The notes under the pieces were generated by a model. It was not told the DNA's origin, searched no databases, and saw nothing but the letters and a program-made list of their open reading frames with translations. The position numbers and the translations under genes were made by a program. This document shows, one piece after another, positions 8,992-17,587 of a stretch of 64,000 nucleotides of DNA. Within the stretch, counting starts at the first letter, position 1; each line of letters starts with the position of its first letter. This DNA comes from an uncultured Acidobacteriota bacterium (lineage in GTDB: Bacteria; Acidobacteriota; Vicinamibacteria; Vicinamibacterales; UBA2999): NCBI GenBank assembly GCA_963807105.1, contig CAWEAM010000010.1, positions 203,530-267,529 on the forward strand. Direction: 5' to 3'.

Positions 8992-10674
8992 TTACTCGCG
9001 GTTACCGCGCGGCGCGAACTGGAAGAGACCGACGTTTTCGAACACGCGGATCTCGACCTCGACGTATTCCGCGCGCAGCCACTCGAGGACCGCCTCGTGG
9101 GTGCGTCTCTCAGGTCCCTGGTCGTCGAGATACCAGACACTCCTCGGACGATGCGCCGTCGACAAGGCTCGCAATTGCGTCGCAACATCCGGACTGGACC
9201 GGCGGTGCTCCGGGACGTCGATGCGAGCGAAATCCGGGTTCGATCGCAGGTAATAGGCGAAATCCATCGGGCTCAACCCCGGATCGAGCACCAACACCAG
9301 GTCGCGTTCGCTCGTCCGCTCGTCGATATGGGCCGCCACCTCTCGAACCCCCAATTGGTACATGAGCGTGCCAGACCAGCCGCACAGATAGGCGGCACTC
9401 CCGCCGACGAGAAAGGCGAGAAGGCCGACGGCAATTGTCCGGCGCACAGGAGTCGACGCGATACCGATGACGCCCATGGCAACCGCCAGATAAATCGGTC
9501 CGCTCGCGGTAATGAAATAGCGGTGTGAGTGAACCATGTGGGTGTCGAGCAGGAGATCCATCATGATCGGACCAGCCAGGGCGCACGCAGTCCACATCGC
9601 GCACACCAGCCACGGATTGGGAGCGCATCGCGGCTCGACGCTGTTCGTACGGATATGGTGGACGAAGCGCCAGGCGCACACGGCAAAGATCAACAGCGGA
9701 ATCAGGTACGCGGCTCTCGTGGCCAGGCTGTCGATGCGGCAGCCGGGAGCGAGCGAAAGCCGCGCGCATAGGCCGTCGATGCGGCCAGGTGCCAGCAGCA
9801 GCAAGATGGCTCGCACGAGCGAGATCGCGCCGTCGGCGAGGGTCGACACCCCGGAGTACCAGTAGAACCAGCTGTTCGAGCCCACCTCGCGACTCCACCG
9901 CACCTGGGCAAGCAGCGTGGGTGCCCACAGAAGGCAGATGACACCAGCCGCCAGGCACGCGCCGGCGAATCGCACCAGGGCGCTGCGGTTCTGTCGCTGG
10001 TAAAACGCGATTAGCGCGACGTGAAAGAGGAGATTCCAGACGAAAATGTACTGCGTGTACACGCCCAGAACGACCGCCACCGCATAGATCGTTGGCCACT
10101 TCCATCCTCGCTCGCCGCGAGCAAGATGAACGACCGCCAGCGCCGCGAGCAGCGCGAAGAAGCCAAGCAGGGCATACGGACGATTGAAGAGCGCAAAGGC
10201 AATCTGAAACGGAGCCAGGGCGAAGACCCAGGCGGCGTAGACGCCAACCAGATTAGAGCACAGGTAGCGTCCAATCGCATACAGCAGGGGGATGGAGCCG
10301 ACGCTTGCGAGCAGCGAAAGCGAACGGACCGCTGCCTCCGAAGTCTCGAACAGGTGCAGCCAGAGATTCAGGAGAACGTAATAGAGTGGCGCCTGATCGT
10401 TGATCCGCAACAACTCGATGAGCTGCTGTGAAAAGTAGCCCGGCTGCAGCGATACGAGGTCACGATAATAGTCAGCGCTGTGGAAGGGCGCCGTCTCCTC
10501 GCCTTTGAACGGATACCACGAATGTCCGGTCGAGAGTGCCAGACTGATGAATTCATCTCCCCATAGACTGTAGGCGCGAATGCCTGAAAACCGCAGCACC
10601 GTGCCGCCGATCACCGCGCCGGCGAGCAGCGCCCACCTCGATTTGCTGGTCATTGTTGGGAGAGCTGGAGACAT
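8992..10674 (-). CDS. GT-C fold glycosyltransferase, GT39/ArnT-like
   Basis: ORF 8992..10821 (TTG). I prefer the ATG at 10674 (MSPALPTMTSKSRWALLAG) or at 10653. It has LRFSGIRAYSLWGDEFISLAL (D-E pair after TM1), about 12 TM segments and a soluble C-terminal domain. Confidence 0.75.
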   Translation of the reverse strand: MSPALPTMTSKSRWALLAGAVIGGTVLRFSGIRAYSLWGDEFISLALSTGHSWYPFKGEETAPFHSADYYRDLVSLQPGYFSQQLIELLRINDQAPLYYVLLNLWLHLFETSEAAVRSLSLLASVGSIPLLYAIGRYLCSNLVGVYAAWVFALAPFQIAFALFNRPYALLGFFALLAALAVVHLARGERGWKWPTIYAVAVVLGVYTQYIFVWNLLFHVALIAFYQRQNRSALVRFAGACLAAGVICLLWAPTLLAQVRWSREVGSNSWFYWYSGVSTLADGAISLVRAILLLLAPGRIDGLCARLSLAPGCRIDSLATRAAYLIPLLIFAVCAWRFVHHIRTNSVEPRCAPNPWLVCAMWTACALAGPIMMDLLLDTHMVHSHRYFITASGPIYLAVAMGVIGIASTPVRRTIAVGLLAFLVGGSAAYLCGWSGTLMYQLGVREVAAHIDERTSERDLVLVLDPGLSPMDFAYYLRSNPDFARIDVPEHRRSSPDVATQLRALSTAHRPRSVWYLDDQGPERRTHEAVLEWLRAEYVEVEIRVFENVGLFQFAPRGNRE

Positions 10675-10810
10675 AACAGTTGGATAGTCTCGTCGTCTTG
10701 CGGAGGTACGAGCATGACCAAGGCGCGTGGTCGCGCTCGTATCGGGTGCAGCCGTTGCTCGCGGGTGCGGTTGCATCGCTGCGTCACGGGAGGTCCTCCG
10801 GCGAAGGTTG

Positions 10811-10842
10811 CATGACTGCAAAGCGTATTACACTTCGAAGGC
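10811..10842 (-). promoter_or_regulatory. conserved 32-nt leader motif, copy 1
   Basis: catgactgcaaagcgtattacacttcgaaggc. 30 of 32 nt are identical to 13466-13497. It lies 136 nt upstream of the minus-strand ATG at 10674. Confidence 0.4.
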
Positions 10843-10984
10843 CAGCGGCCAGTAGGGCACGGAGACGGGGCATCGTTTTTGCGTCGTGTGCACGCGCGTT
10901 GCGCTGCTTGAGAACGGATCCAGGGCCGGTGAGGTGCGTGTCTGCCATCAGCCGCCCTTGTTTTAAGGCTGTGATCGGACTGTC

Positions 10985-12352
10985 CTACTGCCCGCCACCG
11001 ATCAACCGCCGGTTCAGCAGGTGTTGCGCCATCGTGTCGGCTACAAACTCGTGTCCGGCGGCATTCCAGTGAGGATCTTCGCGGAAAATCAGTGGGTACT
11101 TGTTCGTCATCTGGAAGTCGGGCAGCAGGTCGACAACCGGATACGGCCGCTCGGCCTCCTGAAAGTAGCGAAAGTACTCGAATTGATGCGGCTCGTTGAG
11201 CGCGTACTCCGGCCGCTCCCAGTTCTCAGGGGATTCCTCCGGATTCCAGTGATGAAAGCGCGGCGTCACGACCAGCAGAAATCCCGCACCGTGTTCGTTC
11301 GCCACTCTGGCGATCTCGTCGACGTTGCTCATGGTCTGGTCGAAGAAATGCCGCGTCGCGCTCAGCGGATGCCGGTAGACAAAGAAGCGATTGCGCTCGA
11401 CCTTGTCGGCAACGGTGATCTCGAAATCGTAATAGTCGTATGCGTTCGAAGCGTCGTTCGATTGGCCTTCTTTCGACAAGCTCCTGGCCACCTTGACCGG
11501 ATACTGCAATGCCGAGGCCAGCCGCCGATGATATGGGCGTATTAGCTCCGGCAGCGCGCCTCGATACCTGGGCGGCCGAGCGTCCTCGAATGGGAAGTTA
11601 GTGCCGTCGACTGATTGTGCGAACTCGGCCATGTAGCGATGGTCGTCGCCGATATCCGTGACGTCAAGAAACACGACGACGAGCGTTGGTTTGTAGGCGA
11701 GCAGCCTCCGCTCCAGCAACAGCTTCTGAAGGAACGGCGAGTAGCTGATGATTCCCGCGTTGAGCACCGCGATGCTGTTGCGACCGGTCATCTCGCGCAG
11801 GCGACCTTCGAGGCGCGCGGGGAACGCCTCCTCGCCAGCGACGCCAAAGCCAAACGTGAAGGAGTCGCCAAGCGCAATGATCCGCTCCTGGAATTGCGCG
11901 AACTCTTCCGCGGAGTACGGTGTGCGCAGTCCGTCTTCATTCGTTTCCAGAAACACATCTTTGCCCTCGAAGCGGCCCATGAAGATACGCGCGCCGCCGG
12001 GATAGATATGGTGAAGCTCCCGCGACCGGAATCCGCCAGCCTCGATGCTGACGGCGGTCGCGCGCGGAACGAGCGCCCGCGCGGCGATTTCGAAGGCCGC
12101 GAGAGCGACTGCAGAGGCAACAACGACGAGGGCCGTCTGCTTGCGCCAGCGCAGCGCGCGTGGCACCAACCAGACCAGTGCGAACAACACCAGCCAGTAC
12201 GCGCACAGGGCGCCAACGGCCGATCTCCGGTAAATGTCTCCGTCCGGAGCCAGGCGATCGAGAGCACCGATGCCGATCGCGGCCGAGGTCACCACCACAG
12301 CCGCGAGTGACGCGAGGATCAAACGTGAGTCGGAGGCCAGTCTTCGTTGCAT
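10985..12352 (-). CDS. membrane-anchored SGNH-like protein (paralog 2)
   Basis: ORF 10985..12448 (TTG). ATG at 12352 is preferred. It has an N-terminal TM region, IIALGDSFTFGFGV and FREDPHWNAAGHEFVA. Confidence 0.7.
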   Translation of the reverse strand: MQRRLASDSRLILASLAAVVVTSAAIGIGALDRLAPDGDIYRRSAVGALCAYWLVLFALVWLVPRALRWRKQTALVVVASAVALAAFEIAARALVPRATAVSIEAGGFRSRELHHIYPGGARIFMGRFEGKDVFLETNEDGLRTPYSAEEFAQFQERIIALGDSFTFGFGVAGEEAFPARLEGRLREMTGRNSIAVLNAGIISYSPFLQKLLLERRLLAYKPTLVVVFLDVTDIGDDHRYMAEFAQSVDGTNFPFEDARPPRYRGALPELIRPYHRRLASALQYPVKVARSLSKEGQSNDASNAYDYYDFEITVADKVERNRFFVYRHPLSATRHFFDQTMSNVDEIARVANEHGAGFLLVVTPRFHHWNPEESPENWERPEYALNEPHQFEYFRYFQEAERPYPVVDLLPDFQMTNKYPLIFREDPHWNAAGHEFVADTMAQHLLNRRLIGGGQ

Positions 12353-12486
12353 CGCGATCACCGCTACCGCACGGTGCGACGCGACAAACGCAGCCACCGG
12401 CGAAAGACGCCCGCGAAGAATCCTGTACCGGGTGCCACCTGTGATCAAGCTGAAGTGTAGCGATCGCTGTTGCGCAATTGGATTTG

Positions 12487-12522
12487 CTCATCATCCCGGA
12501 AGAGCTCATCGTCCCGGAAGAG
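12487..12522. repeat. tandem 18-bp direct repeat (2 copies)
   Basis: ctcatcatcccggaagag followed immediately by ctcatcgtcccggaagag (17/18). It lies in the 106-nt spacer between the FkbM-type gene and SGNH paralog 2. Confidence 0.7.
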
Positions 12523-12554
12523 ATAGAGAATGAGTGCGCGACAACCTTGTTGCC

Positions 12555-13355
12555 CTACCGAAACGTCGCTCCCCGCGCAAGCATCTCGGTACGTCTGTCG
12601 CCGGTGATGAAAAAGCTGTTCAGCGCCTGCGACGACGAGGCGTCGGGTTTCTGCACGAACGAGACGCCGCCCTGAAGCTCGTAGCGCGCGTAGCCGTTGC
12701 TCCGCAGAAGCGGCGCAATCGCGGCGTCGCGCCAGGGTCCCTCGACGAGGAGGACGGGCTGCGCCGACGCCAGCGTGGCAGCGGCACCGGCCAGCACTTT
12801 GTACTCATGCCCCTGCGCATCGACCTTGATGAAGTACGGCGGCTCTGGGAAGGTGAACGAGTCGAGCGTTCGCAGCGTACACTCGGTGACGTCAACGGTC
12901 AGGTGCTTAGGGCGGAATCCGTACAGCGCCTCGGCGTTGAGCCACTCCACCGCTTCGCGCCGATCGAACGACGCGAGGCCGTCGTAGACCATGCCGCGGT
13001 ACGACGGGACATAGAGCGGCAACGTCGCCGCCGCGTCGGACAGACCAACGGCATGGACCGTCACCAGCGGGTTGGCTTCCCATCGCCGCTTGATCCTTCC
13101 CGCCAGTCTAAGGTTGGGCTCGAATGCGACGATCGTGGCACGTGGCGCGAGCAGCGTGATCGAGAGGATGCTCTGTCCGTGGTTGGCGCCAACGTCGAGG
13201 AAGAGCGCCTCGGAAGGACAGAAACGAATCGCCTGGAAGTCGCGCTCGTGCGGCCGGCGCGTCGCACGCATGACGAATTGCTGCACCGCCTCGGTGGCAT
13301 CACGCCCCAAAGGGCCATAGTTCTGAAGAGTGCGCACGAGCTTCTGTATCGACAT
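12555..13355 (-). CDS. FkbM-family methyltransferase
   Basis: FLDVGANHGQSILSI..IVAFEPN..HAVGLSD..FIKVDAQGHEYKVLAGA, the Methyltransf_21 pattern. ATG start. Confidence 0.85.
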   Translation of the reverse strand: MSIQKLVRTLQNYGPLGRDATEAVQQFVMRATRRPHERDFQAIRFCPSEALFLDVGANHGQSILSITLLAPRATIVAFEPNLRLAGRIKRRWEANPLVTVHAVGLSDAAATLPLYVPSYRGMVYDGLASFDRREAVEWLNAEALYGFRPKHLTVDVTECTLRTLDSFTFPEPPYFIKVDAQGHEYKVLAGAAATLASAQPVLLVEGPWRDAAIAPLLRSNGYARYELQGGVSFVQKPDASSSQALNSFFITGDRRTEMLARGATFR

Positions 13356-13465
13356 TGTCCTGGCGGACGATGCGCGAGGGGGTCAGCGGCCCCGCGGCGC
13401 GACCGTGCCCTCATCCGCGGGGGTGCAGAGTGACGCATCGAATGACGAACCTCTGACGAGGGTCA

Positions 13466-13497
13466 CATGACTGCAAAGCCTATTACACTTTGAAGGC
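13466..13497 (-). promoter_or_regulatory. conserved 32-nt leader motif, copy 2
   Basis: catgactgcaaagcctattacactttgaaggc. It lies 110 nt upstream of the minus-strand ATG at 13355, in the divergent region shared with the plus-strand gene starting at 13665. Confidence 0.4.
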
Positions 13498-13664
13498 TAT
13501 GGAAGCGCAGCGCGGCACGACGCGGTGCAGCGTTTGTGCGCTGTGCCCGCACTGCCGGCTCGACTGCGCATCCGAGAGGCCGAGGACGCAATCACGCCGT
13601 GCGCGCTTCTAGAGGAGCCACAGGGGCGGGTATTGCTGACGTACAGTCATTCGACGGCAGACCT

Positions 13665-15122
13665 ATGTCGAACAAAGCCATCGCGGGTAGAATTCGTTAC
13701 TTCGACGTCACGGTAGTTGCGCTCGCCGTTTTCGTCGCCAGCGGTTTACTGCTTGTCCGCAGCTCGGGAAGCACGCAGAGCAGCATCGTAATGCTTTTCG
13801 TCCTCGCCGCCGCCTGCGCCGTGTTTGCGGCACTCCGGCGGCGTGCCTATGTGCAGGACACGCCGTGGCTGATTTTGTCGTTCGCGGCTTTCTTGGGCCT
13901 TGCGATGATCAGGGTCTTCTGGAACGCGCCGCTCATGTGGTTTATGGTGATCATGAGTGCCGGCGTGGCGTTGTTGCTCGTGGGGGTGATCGCGCCTGCC
14001 AAACCCATTCGCGAGCCTGTGAAGCGGCTCGAGGTGTTCAAGCTGATAAGCGTCGTCGTTGGTGTCGTGGTAATGGTCGCTGGGACTGAGGGGCTGCTTC
14101 GGCTGGTGCCCGGCGTCTTCAGCCAGGAGACGCAGCAGGCGCTCACGGGCACGCCGAGCAATTCGGGCATTGGCAATCCGACCATCGGACATCTCCACCG
14201 GTCCGATCGGACATTCGAAGTCGCCGGCAAGGACTTCGACGCGCAACACTCAGTCGACACCTACGGCTTTCGCAATCGATGGCCGTGGCCCGAGCAGGCC
14301 GAGATTGTCGCGGTCGGCGATTCGCTGACGTTTGGTCTCGGCGTGCAAAACGATCAGGCATGGCCCGCGATCGTCCAGCGCGACCTGGGCAAGCCATTGA
14401 TCAGTCTGGGACTCGTCGGCGCCGGTCCACAGCAGTATCTGCGCCTCTACGAAACGTTCGGCGCCAAGCTGCGGCCGAAGCTGGTGCTCGTTGGCATCTA
14501 TGCGCAGAACGACTTCTGGGACGCAGGCATGTTCGATCAGTGGCAGCGCACTGGAGTCGGCGACAACTACATGGTCTGGCGCAACTTCGGCCGGCCACTT
14601 CGTTACACGTTCAGCCTCCGCCATCCGATCGAGACAGCGGAGGGTGTGTTCCGGGCGCATGTGTACCCGGTGTTGCGCTCCAGCTATCTCTACAATCTCG
14701 TGCGCGCCATGCGCGGCGGCGACGCTCAAGCCGTGGGGCCCGCCAAGGCGATGGACTTTCCGGACGGCGGCCGCATGCAATTCTTCGTCGACGACTTTCT
14801 CATCAAGACGGTGGGCGCGAGGCGCGATGCGCCAGAGTTCAGGCTGGTGCTCGACGCGTTACAGCGACTTCACGGGCTGGCCACGAAACAGGGAGCGCGC
14901 GTGCTGATGGTCCTGCTGCCGAGCAAAGAAGAGGTGTACCTGCCGCTGACTGGCGAGTCGCTGCCCGATCCCGCGCTCGCCCTGCGTCAGGCATTTGACG
15001 AGGCGGGTATCTCGTATCTCGATCTCGTTCCCACGTTTCGCGAGCACGCCAAGAAGGGCGAACGGCTGTTCTTCGAGGTTGACACGCATCCCAATGAACG
15101 CGGCTATGCGCTGATCGGCTGA
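13665..15122 (+). CDS. membrane-anchored SGNH-like protein (paralog 3); C-terminus probably frame-broken
   Basis: ORF 13536..15122. ATG at 13665 (MSNKAIAGRIRYFDVTVVALAVF) is preferred. It has IVAVGDSLTFGLGV and FEVDTHPNERGYALIG followed by a stop. The +1 frame from 15121 continues ELVAADLKASPGRYGLED with a stop at 15175-15177, matching the paralog tails. Confidence 0.7.
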   Translation: MSNKAIAGRIRYFDVTVVALAVFVASGLLLVRSSGSTQSSIVMLFVLAAACAVFAALRRRAYVQDTPWLILSFAAFLGLAMIRVFWNAPLMWFMVIMSAGVALLLVGVIAPAKPIREPVKRLEVFKLISVVVGVVVMVAGTEGLLRLVPGVFSQETQQALTGTPSNSGIGNPTIGHLHRSDRTFEVAGKDFDAQHSVDTYGFRNRWPWPEQAEIVAVGDSLTFGLGVQNDQAWPAIVQRDLGKPLISLGLVGAGPQQYLRLYETFGAKLRPKLVLVGIYAQNDFWDAGMFDQWQRTGVGDNYMVWRNFGRPLRYTFSLRHPIETAEGVFRAHVYPVLRSSYLYNLVRAMRGGDAQAVGPAKAMDFPDGGRMQFFVDDFLIKTVGARRDAPEFRLVLDALQRLHGLATKQGARVLMVLLPSKEEVYLPLTGESLPDPALALRQAFDEAGISYLDLVPTFREHAKKGERLFFEVDTHPNERGYALIG

Positions 15123-15189
15123 GCTCGTCGCCGCGGATCTCAAAGCCAGCCCCGGCCGCTACGGTCTCGAGGACTGAGGAACCCATTTC

Positions 15190-16314
15190 ATGCGCATCGC
15201 GATCCTGTTGCAAAGCCTCGATGAAACGTGGGGCGGAATCGGTGTCTACACTCGCGAGGTGGTCAGCGCCTTGCTCCGGGTGGACAGCGTCAACGAGTAC
15301 GTCTTGATTTATCCGCGGTTTGGGTCGGCGAAGACGCGCCGCGGGCAGTTCCGCCGGCACAAGAACGCGATCGAGATCGAGACCGAGTTCTCGAGAGTGC
15401 CGTTCGGCACCTATTGGGATCAGGTGATCGTCCCCGGCGTGGCCACCAGGTACAACGTCGACGTGCTGTTCAATCCTTTCCTCACGGTTCCCGTGCGCGG
15501 CAAGTTCGGGAAGGTGATGATCATGCACAACGTCGAGTACCACGTCGTGCCCAAGGTCTACGATCTGGTGATGTACAGCTGGTGGTTCATGCTCGAGAAG
15601 GGGATCATGCGAGCGGCCGATCGCGTGATCTCGATCTCGAAAGTGATGACAGAGGACTTCCGCAAGCACGTCAACTATCCGATCAGCCAGGTGCGTACGA
15701 TCTATCACGGCGTCAACAAGAAGTTCCGTATCGTCACCGACGAGGCGCAGCTTGCAAAAGCGCGGGGGGAGTACGAGCTGCCGGAAAGGTTCATCCTCTT
15801 CGTTGGCCACTTCTACCCGCAGAAGAACTTTGCCGTGCTGGCGCGCGCGTTCGCGAAACTCAAGAACACCATCCCGCACCGGCTGATCGTCGCCGGCCGT
15901 CCGCGGTGGAAGGCCGACTCCGATCTGCAGCTGGTGCAGGATTTGGGCATCAGCGACCGCGTCGACATGCTGCAGTTCGTGCCGAACGACGATCTGCCGC
16001 TGATTTACAACCTGGCCGACTGTTTCGTCTACCCGTCCCTCTACGAGTCGTTCGGGCTGGCGCAGCTCGAGGCGATGGCGTGCGGCTGTCCGGTGATCGG
16101 CGCCAACTCCGGCGCGATTCCGGAAATCACCGCCGGAACCGCGATGCTGTTCGATCCGCACAGCCCCGACGAGCTCGCCAGCGCGATCATGAAGGTCACC
16201 GAGGATCAGGCGCTCCGCCGCGATTTGATCGATCGCGCGCTCGTTCGCGTGAAGGACTTTACGTGGGAGCGCACGGCGCAGGAAACGATCGACGTGTTCA
16301 AGGAGCTTGCGTAG
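15190..16314 (+). CDS. GT4-family (GT-B) glycosyltransferase
   Basis: MRIAILLQSL..GGIGVYTREV.. and YPSLYESFGLAQLEAMACGCPVIGANSGAIPEI (E-x7-E region). A GAGGAA Shine-Dalgarno lies upstream. Confidence 0.9.
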   Translation: MRIAILLQSLDETWGGIGVYTREVVSALLRVDSVNEYVLIYPRFGSAKTRRGQFRRHKNAIEIETEFSRVPFGTYWDQVIVPGVATRYNVDVLFNPFLTVPVRGKFGKVMIMHNVEYHVVPKVYDLVMYSWWFMLEKGIMRAADRVISISKVMTEDFRKHVNYPISQVRTIYHGVNKKFRIVTDEAQLAKARGEYELPERFILFVGHFYPQKNFAVLARAFAKLKNTIPHRLIVAGRPRWKADSDLQLVQDLGISDRVDMLQFVPNDDLPLIYNLADCFVYPSLYESFGLAQLEAMACGCPVIGANSGAIPEITAGTAMLFDPHSPDELASAIMKVTEDQALRRDLIDRALVRVKDFTWERTAQETIDVFKELA

Positions 16315-16371
16315 CGGGCGCGTCCGGTGATCGCAAAGCCGGGATCATCCGCCGCTCGACGAGGTGACGAT

Positions 16372-16455
16372 TCACCGCGTCAGGGTTCCGGCTGCGATCG
16401 CCGCGCTCAGTGCGCCGGCAACCGCAAACGCAATCAGGACGATTCGGATGCTCAT
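16372..16455 (-). CDS. candidate 27-aa single-TM micro-protein
   Basis: Hand-found, below the ORF-track cut-off. ATG at 16455, MSIRIVLIAFAVAGALSAAIAAGTLTR, TGA at 16372-16374. It starts 9 nt after the GT2 stop on the same strand. 20 of 26 third positions are G/C. No Shine-Dalgarno. Confidence 0.25.
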   Translation of the reverse strand: MSIRIVLIAFAVAGALSAAIAAGTLTR

Positions 16456-16464
16456 GGGGAGACG

Positions 16465-17370
16465 TCAGTCGGCTCGTTGCCACCATTTCGCCAGCCGCTC
16501 GCGGAAGAATCCGGCGCTCGTCGCCACCTGCGAGACGACGAGCAGGGTGGCGATCAGGATCGCGGGCGACTCAGATGGCTGTGAGAAGGGATAACGCACG
16601 AGATTGACGTAGAACGACACCGGAGACGGCAGTCGGGCGCGCGAAGTGGCGTCGTTCCGCTTCTTGTGGAAGGTGGCCGCACCACGGCCATAGGTGAAGT
16701 GCTGCCGCCAATACTGCCGCAGGGTCATGCGATGCGAGTGGTAGATGACGGCCTCGGGCGCGTACAGGATGTTATGTCCACTCGCGACGATTCGCTCGCA
16801 CAGATCACGATCCTCGAACGCGGCCAGCCGGAAGCTCGTGTCGAAGCCATTGAGCCCGCGAAAGATAGGCGCGGGCACCAGCATGTTGTTCGAGGTCAGG
16901 AAACGGGCATTGCTCTGGTCGGCGTTGAGGTAGGCGTAGAGGTAGTCGGCGAGTCGCTGGCTGGCGGTCGAGAACAGGTTGCGCGTCAACGCGTTGACGG
17001 TACGCCCGCCCACCGCCGATCCGGGCGCCTGCGCAGCACGTGCGGCGAGGATGCGCAGGTAATCGGGCGCGGGTGCACAGTCGTCGTCGAGAAACACGAG
17101 GCAGTCGCCCCTGGCCTGGGCGGCGCCGGCATTGCGAGCCGCGGCCGGACCGGCGTTCTGCTGACGAAAGAGCCTGATGTCGAGCGTCTCTTTGAACGGC
17201 ACGACCACCGCGTCGAGCGGCGTCGGGCTGCCGTCATCCACGACCACGACTTCGAACGACGAACGTGGATAGTCAACTCGGACGAGCGAGGCCAGACATG
17301 CCGCGAGTTCGTGCGGCCGGCGGTAGGTCGGAATCACGACCGAAAGGAACTGCTGCTGTGTGTCGGGCAT
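16465..17370 (-). CDS. GT2-family glycosyltransferase
   Basis: ORF 16465..17613. ATG at 17370 (MPDTQQQFLSVVIPTYRRPHELAACLASL..VVVVDDGS..FLDDDC) is preceded by GGGGGA. Confidence 0.85.
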   Translation of the reverse strand: MPDTQQQFLSVVIPTYRRPHELAACLASLVRVDYPRSSFEVVVVDDGSPTPLDAVVVPFKETLDIRLFRQQNAGPAAARNAGAAQARGDCLVFLDDDCAPAPDYLRILAARAAQAPGSAVGGRTVNALTRNLFSTASQRLADYLYAYLNADQSNARFLTSNNMLVPAPIFRGLNGFDTSFRLAAFEDRDLCERIVASGHNILYAPEAVIYHSHRMTLRQYWRQHFTYGRGAATFHKKRNDATSRARLPSPVSFYVNLVRYPFSQPSESPAILIATLLVVSQVATSAGFFRERLAKWWQRAD

Positions 17371-17587
17371 GCCATCCCCCGCGGCCTCGGTTTCGAGCAC
17401 GCGGCAAATCCCGATAGGATGACGAAGCAGGATGCGGAATGCAACGTGCTTCGAGCAGCGTGTACGCGCGTGAATTGTTGTGCAGCCCATCATGACGGCC
17501 TCGCGCGTTGGATCGGATTCGGCGATCATGAGGGTTCGTGGTGCGCCGGCCGATAGGAACGATGACGATCTTGCAAGGGGTTGCGCC

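Noticed and set aside
10812-10842. Reading the conserved 32-nt motif as a leader peptide (plus strand ATG ACT GCA AAG .. = MTAK(R/P)ITL), or as a sigma-54 promoter (minus strand TGTAAT-N5-TTGCA).
   Set aside because: Copy 2 stops after 8 codons, but copy 1 runs on for more than 80 codons with no plus-strand gene downstream. The -24 element lacks the invariant GG (it has GT). The motif is kept only as an unexplained conserved element.
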